Shown: piece by piece, positions 27,243-35,593 of the stretch
Layout of the letters: each line of letters opens with the position of its first letter
Position numbering within the stretch: position 1 is the first letter of the stretch
Notes under the pieces: generated by a model
Seen by the model: only the letters and a program-made list of their open reading frames with translations
Told to the model about the DNA's origin: nothing
The model's database searches: none
Assembly (NCBI GenBank): GCA_017514235.1
Contig: JAFWKK010000001.1
Location: 10,770-74,769, forward strand
Length of the DNA: 64,000 bases
Source: Kiritimatiellia bacterium
GTDB taxonomy: Bacteria > Verrucomicrobiota > Kiritimatiellia > RFP12 > UBA1067
Reading direction: 5' to 3'
Made by a program: the position numbers and the translations under genes

Positions 27243-28128
27243 GATACGGGACCTGGCCGCCAGGCGCCACGCTGTCATACTCGCCCATAACTACTGCCGT
27301 GGCGAGGTTCAGGATGTCGCCGACTTTACCGGCGATTCGCTAGAACTCGCCCGCAAGGCGGTGGAGGTCAAGGCCGACGTAATCGTATTTTGCGGCGTCT
27401 ATTTCATGGCTGAGACTGCGAAGATTCTTAATCCGTCCAGGATGGTGCTGATACCCGACCCGTCGGCGGGCTGCCCGATGGCCGACATGGTGACTGCGGA
27501 ACAGCTTCGCGAGCTGAAGGCGCGGCACCCAGGTGCCAAGGCCGTCTGCTATGTCAACTCTACGGCGGAGGTCAAGGCGGAGTGTGACATCTGCGTGACG
27601 AGCGGAAACGCCGAAAAGGTGATGGCGACATTCCCATCTGAGCAGGAGATACTGTTTGTGCCCGACCAGCACCTTGGTGGACACATTGCCGGCATGCTCG
27701 GCCGCGAATACACGCTTTGGCCTGGCTATTGCCCGACCCATGCGGCGCTGACGGCAAGGGCGATAGATGAGGCGCGTCGGCTGCATCCGGGCGCACCGGT
27801 GCTCGTGCACCCAGAATGCGCGCGCGACGTGAGAGAGGCGGCGGACGAGCGACTTTCTACCGGCGGCATGTGCCGCTATGCGCGCGAATCGTCCGCGAAG
27901 GAGATAGTCGTCGGGACTGAGACGGGCATTCTGCACCGCCTGCGCAAGGAGAATCCCGGGAAGTCATTTTATCCGGCGTCGGAGCGGCTCGTCTGCCCGA
28001 ACATGAAGAAGAACACTCTGGAGAACCTTCGCGACTCGCTTCGCGAAATGAAGACCGAGGTGGTCGTGCCGGACGCGATCGCCGAGCACGCCCGCCGCGC
28101 CATCTCCGCGATGTTAGCCGTCGGGTGA
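27229..28128 (+). CDS. nadA: Quinolinate synthase
   Basis: ILAHNY, GDSLELA, FCGVYFMAETAKILNP, AGCPMAD, YVNSTAEVKA, VHPEC, CPNMK. Confidence 0.96.
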   Translation: MLSAEIRDLAARRHAVILAHNYCRGEVQDVADFTGDSLELARKAVEVKADVIVFCGVYFMAETAKILNPSRMVLIPDPSAGCPMADMVTAEQLRELKARHPGAKAVCYVNSTAEVKAECDICVTSGNAEKVMATFPSEQEILFVPDQHLGGHIAGMLGREYTLWPGYCPTHAALTARAIDEARRLHPGAPVLVHPECARDVREAADERLSTGGMCRYARESSAKEIVVGTETGILHRLRKENPGKSFYPASERLVCPNMKKNTLENLRDSLREMKTEVVVPDAIAEHARRAISAMLAVG

Positions 28129-28154
28129 CGCGCCAGCATTCAGGCTGCAGACGG

Positions 28155-28183
28155 TTGCCGTAGCGGCGGCAGTTTGGTAAAAT
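28155..28183 (+). promoter_or_regulatory. Sigma70 promoter of galM, probably leaderless
   Basis: TTGCCG, 17 nt, TAAAAT (preceded by TGG); ATG 6 nt downstream. Confidence 0.65.
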
Positions 28184-28189
28184 ACGGGC

Positions 28190-29314
28190 ATGAAACGAAT
28201 GCTTTTCTCTGCTGTTGCAGCGACCGCAGCCTTTGCGGCATCGTCTGCTGATTTCGGAACCCTGTCCGACGGGCGCCGGACGCAAGTCTATCGCCTTGCC
28301 GGTGCCGGCGGTCTGATCCTTGACGTGTCGGACTACGGCGGGCGCGTGGTGCGCGTCTATGCGCCGGACCGCTTCGGCAACCTCGCCGACGTCACGCTCG
28401 GCTGGAACACTGCCGCCGAGTACGAGAAGTTCGGCTTTTCGATGGGCACGCTGATCGGGCGCTACGGCAACAGGATACGCGACGGGCGCTTCTCGCTGGA
28501 CGGCAAGGAATGCCAGCTGCCTGTCAACGAGATCAAGCCAGCACCGCGCCATTGCAACTTGCACGGTGGCCCTAAGGGGTGGGACTCGAAGGTGTGGAAG
28601 GCACGCACATTCCGCGATGGCGACATACCCGGCATTGAGCTCGAGTGCGTCTCGCCGGACGGCGACATGGGCTTCCCCGGGACGGTGACGTGCAAGGTCA
28701 CGTACCGCGTGCGTCCCGATAACACATGGACGATAGACTACGAGGCTACGACCGACAAGCCAACGGTCCTGAACCTCACCCACCACTCCTACTGGAACCT
28801 CGCTGGCGAAGCGAGCGGCAACGTGCTTGCGCAGGAGCTGCAGGTCTTTGCCGACAAGTACACGCAGACCGATGCGGGGCTGATTCCGACGTCGGACGCG
28901 CCAGTGAAGGGAACGGGCTTCGACTTCACTTCGCTTCGTCCGATAGGAGCAGCGGCAGGCTGGATGGCCGCGCAGCCCGCTCTCGCGGCGATGGACAACT
29001 GGTACGACCACAACTTCGTGCTGCGCGGCAAGTTGGGCGAGTTGCATCCAGCAGCGACGATGCGCGATCCCGTTTCGGGGCGTCGCCTTGAGATCTGGAC
29101 TACCGAGCCGTGCATGCAGATGTACGGTGCGCAGAACATGAACGGCACGCTCCCCGCGAAGGCGGCAGGTCGGAAGTATCCGCAGTTTGCCGGGATAGCC
29201 CTTGAGACGCAGCATTACCCCGATTCGCCGAACCGGCCAGACTTCCCGTCGACCGTGCTGCGGCCCGGCGAGACGTTCCGCAGTCGGACCGAGTACCGCT
29301 TCTCCGCCGAATAA
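28190..29314 (+). CDS. galM: Aldose 1-epimerase (mutarotase) with signal peptide
   Basis: GRYGNRI, NLHGG, DGDMGFPG, NLTHHSYWNL, YDHNF, ALETQHYPDSPN; Ala-rich signal peptide. Confidence 0.9.
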   Translation: MKRMLFSAVAATAAFAASSADFGTLSDGRRTQVYRLAGAGGLILDVSDYGGRVVRVYAPDRFGNLADVTLGWNTAAEYEKFGFSMGTLIGRYGNRIRDGRFSLDGKECQLPVNEIKPAPRHCNLHGGPKGWDSKVWKARTFRDGDIPGIELECVSPDGDMGFPGTVTCKVTYRVRPDNTWTIDYEATTDKPTVLNLTHHSYWNLAGEASGNVLAQELQVFADKYTQTDAGLIPTSDAPVKGTGFDFTSLRPIGAAAGWMAAQPALAAMDNWYDHNFVLRGKLGELHPAATMRDPVSGRRLEIWTTEPCMQMYGAQNMNGTLPAKAAGRKYPQFAGIALETQHYPDSPNRPDFPSTVLRPGETFRSRTEYRFSAE

Positions 29315-29316
29315 GA

Positions 29317-30522
29317 ATGGGTTACGCGAAGAGAAAGTCAGCGTCTGTTTCTGCGCTTGCTGCGACTCCGGCCGTGCCGAAGGCCGCAGCCCCGAAGTCC
29401 GCCGCGCCGACCTCCGCACGGAAGGCTCCGGGCGGAGGAGGCTCCATCTGGAACATGCAGATAGGCGGGCCCAAGCAGAAGACCGACATGAAGCGCGTCG
29501 AGGTGCTTCTGTTCGTCTCCGAGCTCGCCGACCTGCTGGAGGCAGGCATGACGCTCGGCCAGGCTCTGCAGGCGCTTGCGAGCCAGGGCGATGAGATGAG
29601 TGCGCAACGTTTCGTCTGCCAGGACCTCTGCGACAGGATCGTGCGAGGCGAGAGTTTCTCTGACGCATGCGCGCACCATCCTAAGACTTTCCCGCCGCTG
29701 TTCTCGAACATGCTCCGCGCTGGCGAGGCTTCGGGCGCGATGGTCGAGGTTTTGCGTCGTCTTGGCGAACACTACGAACGCGACGACAACATGCGCGGCA
29801 AGATCAAGAGTGCGCTAACGTACCCAGTGATCGTGCTCGTGTTCGGCATCGCCGCCGTGATCGGTGCGCTGGTTTGGATCATCCCGAAGTTCCAGAAGGT
29901 GTTCGACTCGATGGGAGCGTCGCTGCCGCTGCCGACCCTGATCCTGATAGGCATGAGCCAAGCCCTGATCGAATACGGGTGGCTCATGGCGATCGGGGTG
30001 GCCCTGGCAGTGATTTGGTTCCGCAAGTGGCGCACGACGCAGTCGGGCATGCGCAGGATCGACACATGGAAGCTCAAGGCGCCGCTCATCAAGGGCATAG
30101 TGGCGTCGGGGGCGTATTCGTCGCTGGCCTATACGCTGAAGACGTTGCTGACGAACGGCGTAAACGTGCTGCAGGCCCTCAAGATATGCGAAGAGACGTG
30201 CGGAAACGCGGTGATCGGCGACGCGCTGAAGACTGCGCGCCAGCGCGTGACCGACGGTACGACGATCTCCGGGCCGCTCGCGTCGTCAGGAGTGTTTCCG
30301 CGCATGATGACGGATATGCTGGCCATCGGCGAACAGGCTGGCGACATGGCATCGTCGCTGGAGCACATCGGCCGCAGGTACCAGAAGGACATGGACCGCA
30401 ACATCGCGGCATTCACGAACGCGCTGGAGCCGATCCTGATCGTGGCCATCGCAGGCGTAGTGGGCTTCGTCGCCATCGCCATCCTGATGGCGGTCTTCAA
30501 GGTTTCGAGTTCGCTTGGCTGA
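29317..30522 (+). CDS. Type IV pilus/T2SS inner-membrane platform protein (PilC/GspF family)
   Basis: GESFSDA, MLRAGEASG, KIKSALTYP, IPKF, MLAIGEQAG, LEPILIV. Confidence 0.92.
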   Translation: MGYAKRKSASVSALAATPAVPKAAAPKSAAPTSARKAPGGGGSIWNMQIGGPKQKTDMKRVEVLLFVSELADLLEAGMTLGQALQALASQGDEMSAQRFVCQDLCDRIVRGESFSDACAHHPKTFPPLFSNMLRAGEASGAMVEVLRRLGEHYERDDNMRGKIKSALTYPVIVLVFGIAAVIGALVWIIPKFQKVFDSMGASLPLPTLILIGMSQALIEYGWLMAIGVALAVIWFRKWRTTQSGMRRIDTWKLKAPLIKGIVASGAYSSLAYTLKTLLTNGVNVLQALKICEETCGNAVIGDALKTARQRVTDGTTISGPLASSGVFPRMMTDMLAIGEQAGDMASSLEHIGRRYQKDMDRNIAAFTNALEPILIVAIAGVVGFVAIAILMAVFKVSSSLG

Positions 30523-30540
30523 CGGCAAGGGGTGAAGGGC

Positions 30541-31680
30541 ATGAAGATAGGGAAATATTCGTTTGGCATAGGCGACAGGTTCGCGCACGAGGGAGTGAAC
30601 CAACTGAAGGCGCTCATCAGAGCCGAGGAGCGCTTCGGCGTACACTTCACTCCTGTCTGGAACAAGTCTAACCGCGAGCATACGATCATCGGCACCGAGC
30701 CGATGTCAACGCGACGTGAGGCGGATGCAGCTGTCACTGCGCTCGGTTACAAGGACGCTTACTTCTGTGACGCCGACCACATCAACTTGTCGAACGTGGA
30801 CAGGTTCATCGACGCCTGCGACTTCTTTACGATCGACGTCGCCGAGTCGATAGGCAAGTCCGGCTCGCCGGCCGAGCGCTACCTGCCCGCCGTGAAGGAG
30901 GCCGGGCGCATCTACCGCCACATCGCCGAGCGCAAGGGGGCTGAGAACTTCGTGACCGAAGTCTCGATGGACGAGGTGGACGTGGCGCAGACGCCATCCG
31001 AGATACGGTACATACTGACTGAGCTTGCCCGCGAGAAGGTCCCGCTCCAGACGTTCGCGCCGAAGTTCACCGGGCGGTTCAACAAGGGCGTGGACTACGT
31101 CGGTGACCTCGCGCAGTTCGAGCGGGAGTTCGATGAGGACCTTCAGGTGCTCGCGTGGGCGGCGACGGAGCTTGACCTGCCGGAGAACCTGAAGCTCTCT
31201 ATCCACTCCGGGTCGGACAAGTTCTCGCTCTATCCGATCATGGGCCGCCTCATCCGCAGGCATGATGCCGGAATCCACGTAAAGACGGCGGGTACGACCT
31301 GGCTTGAGGAGATCATCGGCCTTTCGCTTGCGGATCCGGCGGCCCTCGCTCTCGCAAAGCGAATCTACCGCATCGCGCTCGCCCGCATTGACGAACTGAC
31401 AGTGCCTTACGCTACGGTCGTAGACATTGACCGCGGGAAGCTGCCCGCGCCGGATATGGTTGATGCCTGGGATGCCGACACCTTCGCGAAGACGCTTCGG
31501 CACGACGAGTCGGAACCGCTATACAATCCGTCATTCCGGCAGCTCATACACGTCTCGTTCAAGGTCGCCGCCGAGCTCGCCGACGAATACTACCCCGCGC
31601 TCGACCGCAACATTGACATAATCGGCCGCGAGATTGAGGCCAACATCGGCGAACGCCACGTCAGGCTTCTATTCGCGTGA
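30541..31680 (+). CDS. uxaE: Tagaturonate/fructuronate epimerase family protein
   Basis: KYSFGIGDRF, PVWNKSNREH, DADHI, EVSMDE, APKFTGRFNKGVDY, KLSIHSGSDKF, HVKTAGTTWLE. Confidence 0.85.
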   Translation: MKIGKYSFGIGDRFAHEGVNQLKALIRAEERFGVHFTPVWNKSNREHTIIGTEPMSTRREADAAVTALGYKDAYFCDADHINLSNVDRFIDACDFFTIDVAESIGKSGSPAERYLPAVKEAGRIYRHIAERKGAENFVTEVSMDEVDVAQTPSEIRYILTELAREKVPLQTFAPKFTGRFNKGVDYVGDLAQFEREFDEDLQVLAWAATELDLPENLKLSIHSGSDKFSLYPIMGRLIRRHDAGIHVKTAGTTWLEEIIGLSLADPAALALAKRIYRIALARIDELTVPYATVVDIDRGKLPAPDMVDAWDADTFAKTLRHDESEPLYNPSFRQLIHVSFKVAAELADEYYPALDRNIDIIGREIEANIGERHVRLLFA

Positions 31681-32591
31681 GCCGCACGGTCGAGGAGATA
31701 GGCGCGAAGATGGACGCGCTCGGCCTCTGGGAGACGGTCGCTCCCTACAACTGGGCCGTCAAGCCAAGGGGCACGGCGTTTCCGTATTTCTGCACAATCC
31801 TGGCGGAGGATGAGCCATCACCCGTCAAGATCAGGTTTCTGATGCTGGAAGGCTGGCAAACGCTCCACGACTACGTGCGCATACGCATAGACCGCAACTA
31901 CGGATTCTATTCCTCGCCGATGGAGATGCCTCATTTGGAGCTGGTCATCTGCCGCGACGGCAAGTGCCGCATCTTCCGGCACGACGAAGGCTACTTGCCG
32001 CAGGAGGCAGACGCGCGCCAGCGCTCGCTAGCCGAGAAGATTCTCTGGGAGGCGTTCGGCGTCATGTTGCGCGTTGAATCGGACCGACAGCTGCCGATGC
32101 GCTTCTCGGAGGAGCGGGCGATCTTCGCGCGCGTCGAGTCGGCGGACGGCGCGTGGGCCGATTCGCCGCTGCCTATTCCGGATCCACGCCCTCACGTCGA
32201 GAAAGTGTCTTTCGCAAAAGACGACGTGAAGCGCGCCCAGGACTTGCCGATAGCATCTGGCGAGGCACTTTCGGTAGACTTCCGCATGCTGACCAACGTC
32301 GCCACCGGGGAGCCTCGGCCACGCTGCATATACGCACTTGTCGCCGTAGACCCTGCCACAGGCGAGCAGATTCTCGACTGCCGTGCGACGGTTTCGTCCG
32401 ACGGCGGACTGAAGGGGCTATGGGAAGCGATGCCACCCCAGCTGCTCAAGGCGCTGATCCGGCGCGGACGCATACCCGGCGAGATACGTCTGCGTTCGGG
32501 GCGTGTCTTTCGCCTGCTGCGTCCGCTTTGCGAGGAACTGCCGTTCAAGCTGTCGCTTCACGACGAGCTTCCCGAACTGAAGGAGAAATAG
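31677..32591 (+). CDS. Hypothetical protein
   Basis: 304-aa ORF with GTGA coupling to uxaE and genome-like codon usage; no motif confidently recognised. Confidence 0.7.
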   Translation: MSRTVEEIGAKMDALGLWETVAPYNWAVKPRGTAFPYFCTILAEDEPSPVKIRFLMLEGWQTLHDYVRIRIDRNYGFYSSPMEMPHLELVICRDGKCRIFRHDEGYLPQEADARQRSLAEKILWEAFGVMLRVESDRQLPMRFSEERAIFARVESADGAWADSPLPIPDPRPHVEKVSFAKDDVKRAQDLPIASGEALSVDFRMLTNVATGEPRPRCIYALVAVDPATGEQILDCRATVSSDGGLKGLWEAMPPQLLKALIRRGRIPGEIRLRSGRVFRLLRPLCEELPFKLSLHDELPELKEK

Positions 32592-32594
32592 GAG

Positions 32595-32846
32595 ATGCCG
32601 ATTTACGTCTATGAGGCCAAGAACCCTGCGAAGGGCTGTGCGGCGTGCCGCAAAGGGGTCGAAGTCAGACAGTCAATTTCGGACCCGAAGCTGACTGCGT
32701 GTCCCGTCTGCGGCGCGGAGGTCTTCCGCGTGATTCAGTCGCCGGGCCTCGCCCATTCGAAGACTGATCTTCACTACCGGGCGAAGCGTGCCGGCTTCTC
32801 GTGCCTCAAGAAGGTACAGAAGGGCGAATACGAGAAGATGTACTGA
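32595..32846 (+). CDS. FmdB-family zinc-ribbon protein
   Basis: MPIYVYE...CAAC...QSISD...CPVCG. Confidence 0.85.
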   Translation: MPIYVYEAKNPAKGCAACRKGVEVRQSISDPKLTACPVCGAEVFRVIQSPGLAHSKTDLHYRAKRAGFSCLKKVQKGEYEKMY

Positions 32847-32871
32847 AAGGAAGTTTAGAGGGAAGCAGACG

Positions 32872-33567
32872 ATGGCGGAACTGATAGTAGCGTTGGATGT
32901 CGGAACCAGGCAGGAGGCCGTAGACGCCGCAAGGCGGATTGGCGAGGCCGTAGGGTTCTACAAGATCGGCCTTGAACTTTTCACAGCTGATGGGCCTGAT
33001 GTCGTGAAGGCAGTCAAGGACCTAGGCAAGAAGGTTTTCCTTGACCTAAAGCTTCATGACATTCCGCGGACGGTCGAACGTGCGGTGCGCTCTGCCGGAC
33101 GGTTGGGCGTGGACCTGATGACGATTCATTCTGCCGGCGGCAAGGCGATGATCCGTGCGGCGGCGGATGCGGCGGCGGAGTTCGGCGAAGCCGGGCCGCG
33201 CGTCCTGGCGGTAACGGTTCTCACGTCTCTTGACGAGTCAGACCTTTCCGACATAGGAATAGTCGGGCGCACACCTGCGGAACAGGTTCGGGCTATGGCG
33301 AAGTTTGCGACTGCCAACGGTGCGCACGGTCTAGTCTGTTCGCCGAAGGAGGTGGGCGACCTTTCGCGGACGCTTCCGGCAGGTACGCTGTTCGTCACGC
33401 CAGGAGTACGCCCCGCAGGGTCGTCGGTCGGCGACCAGAAGCGCGTCGCTACGCCTGCAGAGGCAGTGGCGGATGGCGCGACACATCTAGTCGTAGGGCG
33501 GCCGATCATGGCGGCGGCAGATCCGTCAGCGGCGGCACGGGCTATACGTACGGAAATGAACGGCTGA
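32872..33567 (+). CDS. pyrF: Orotidine-5'-phosphate decarboxylase
   Basis: LIVALD, KIGLELF, FLDLKLHDIPRTV, AVTVLTS, VTPGVRP, DQKRVATP, VVGRPI. Confidence 0.97.
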   Translation: MAELIVALDVGTRQEAVDAARRIGEAVGFYKIGLELFTADGPDVVKAVKDLGKKVFLDLKLHDIPRTVERAVRSAGRLGVDLMTIHSAGGKAMIRAAADAAAEFGEAGPRVLAVTVLTSLDESDLSDIGIVGRTPAEQVRAMAKFATANGAHGLVCSPKEVGDLSRTLPAGTLFVTPGVRPAGSSVGDQKRVATPAEAVADGATHLVVGRPIMAAADPSAAARAIRTEMNG

Positions 33568-33601
33568 TATCGCCCCGCCATACAACTAATAGGGCGGGCC
33601 C

Positions 33602-33630
33602 TTGTAGACGGGCACAATATTTGGTATAAT
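33602..33630 (+). promoter_or_regulatory. Sigma70 promoter, near-leaderless
   Basis: TTGTAG, 17 nt, TATAAT (preceded by TGG); ATG 9 nt downstream. Confidence 0.65.
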
Positions 33631-33639
33631 GCCCGCCGT

Positions 33640-34887
33640 ATGAAAAGGTTTCTTCATGCGGTGTTGCCGGCGTTCCTGCTGGCTGTCTCGGTGGGGCAGA
33701 TTTATGCCTTCACCAATTTTTCGGACGAAATCGCCCGTTGTATAGGCGAGTCGCAGAAGGACGTGCAGTTTGCGTTTTCGCTCGGCATATTTTTCCTTGG
33801 CATGGGTGCGGCATTCTTCGGCAAGATAGTCGAGCGCAACATACGCTTGTCGACGATCATAGGTACTGTGCTGTTCGTCTCGGGGCTGTGCGTCACGGCG
33901 GCGGGCGTCGCGGTGAAGTCGCTTGCGCTTGTTTATCTCGGCTACGGGTTTCTCGTAGGCACCGGAACCGGCATAATATACATCTCTCCGGTGAAGACCA
34001 TGATGCTCTGGTTCCCCGAACACAAGGCCATTGCCGCCGCGTTGCCCATCATTTCGTTCGGCCTTGGCTCGACGCTGTCGACGCTCGTCTACAAGGGTTT
34101 CGGCTTCGGAGGACCCGACTCGTTGTTTTCAATGCACTTCCTGGGATTCTTCGATTTCTTCGGCGTGGCGGAAGATCCGGCGGCGATAGGGGCCGTGTTC
34201 AGGGCGTTTGCCGTGTTCTACGTAGTGCCGATGGCGGTGGCGGCGTTTCTCCTAAAGAAACCTAAGATACAGGTCCAGAGCTTTGGTCATGGCATCCCCA
34301 GTCTGGAGTTCCGCTATGCGCAGCTGGCGAAGGACTCGTTCTTCCTTCGCGCTTGGCTGTTCATGTTCCTGAACATCTCGGCCGGCCTGTGCCTTATTCC
34401 GCTTGCAAAGCAGATGATGAAGTCTCCGTCCGTCGGGTATTCCGAGGGGTTGATCACCGCCATCATCGCTCTTTGTGGCATCATGAACGGCGGCGGTCGC
34501 TTCTTCTTCGCCTGGTGGTCCGACCGGCTTGCGCGGCGGATCAACATACTGCTAATCATACTGGCGATTTCCGCCGGTGTCATGACGCTTTCGTTCTGGC
34601 CGCCGATGATAGGTCTCGCGCTGCTGGTGATCAACGCCTGCTACGGAGCCGGGTTCTCGGTGATACCGGCGATCCTCGCCGACCACTACGGCATGACGAA
34701 CATTTCCAAGATTCATGGTGCGGTGCTGTCCGCATGGGGCTTTGCCGGCCTTGCCGGCAACCAGGCCGCGATGTTCGTGAAGGGGCATTTCGGCGGAGAC
34801 GTCGCGGTCGTCGCGATGCTGATCGTGGCATATTCCGTCAACTTTCTCAACGCTGCCATGCTGAGGCGGACGTCGCGTTCCGCATGA
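33640..34887 (+). CDS. MFS transporter, oxalate/formate antiporter (OFA) family
   Basis: About 12 TM helices; YLGYG..GTGTGIIYISPVKT..WFP, FLNISAG, NGGGR, CYGAGFS.IPA, IHG.VLSAW. Confidence 0.85.
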   Translation: MKRFLHAVLPAFLLAVSVGQIYAFTNFSDEIARCIGESQKDVQFAFSLGIFFLGMGAAFFGKIVERNIRLSTIIGTVLFVSGLCVTAAGVAVKSLALVYLGYGFLVGTGTGIIYISPVKTMMLWFPEHKAIAAALPIISFGLGSTLSTLVYKGFGFGGPDSLFSMHFLGFFDFFGVAEDPAAIGAVFRAFAVFYVVPMAVAAFLLKKPKIQVQSFGHGIPSLEFRYAQLAKDSFFLRAWLFMFLNISAGLCLIPLAKQMMKSPSVGYSEGLITAIIALCGIMNGGGRFFFAWWSDRLARRINILLIILAISAGVMTLSFWPPMIGLALLVINACYGAGFSVIPAILADHYGMTNISKIHGAVLSAWGFAGLAGNQAAMFVKGHFGGDVAVVAMLIVAYSVNFLNAAMLRRTSRSA

Positions 34888-35465
34888 GGACGGTTGTCGT
34901 TGCGATGGAGTGCGAGGCAGAGGCGGTGCGGCCGCACCTGCGCGACGGCGACCGCCTTGTCGTCTCAGGCATCGGCAAGGTGAATGCGGCTGCCGCTGCT
35001 CAAAAGGCCATAGACGAGGGTGCGGACGAGATTCTCAACTGCGGCGTCGCCGGTGGACTTGACGCTTCTATGGGCATTGGCGACGTCTATGAGATTTCGC
35101 AGGCTGTCGAATACGACTTCGACCTTGCCGACTTGAACGGCACTGGACTTGGAGTCCATGATGAGAGGACGACCCCTTACTTCGACTGCCGGACTGCGGA
35201 AACGCATCTGTCGCGCATTCTTGCGACCGGCGACAGGTTCACGAACGACGTGAAGGACATAGACGCCGCACTTTCGCTTGGAGCAACGATCAGGGACATG
35301 GAGGGCGCCGCAATCGCCCACGTCTGTGAGAGGAACGGTGTCCCTTGCCGGATGCTCAAGGCCATCAGCGACGTCTGCGGGAAGGGCAAGATGACCGAAC
35401 AGTACAAGGAAAACCTTGGGAAGACGCTTGCCAACCTTGGAGCCGCGCTTGACCTCTGGCTTTGA
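34884..35465 (+). CDS. mtnN: 5'-methylthioadenosine/S-adenosylhomocysteine nucleosidase family (PNP_UDP_1)
   Basis: AMECE, SGIGKVNAA, NCGVAGG, ATGDRF, DMEGAAIAHVC, KAISD; ATGA coupling. Confidence 0.82.
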   Translation: MRTVVVAMECEAEAVRPHLRDGDRLVVSGIGKVNAAAAAQKAIDEGADEILNCGVAGGLDASMGIGDVYEISQAVEYDFDLADLNGTGLGVHDERTTPYFDCRTAETHLSRILATGDRFTNDVKDIDAALSLGATIRDMEGAAIAHVCERNGVPCRMLKAISDVCGKGKMTEQYKENLGKTLANLGAALDLWL

Positions 35466-35593
35466 GGCATGCTGTGTGCCCGGCGGACGTTCGGCCCGTC
35501 ATGAATCGCATTGGCGGTTGCCGTGTCTAGCGGGGATTTGATACAATGTCCGCAACAGGTCAAACGTTACAAGACATCGAGGTGAAAAGAAAG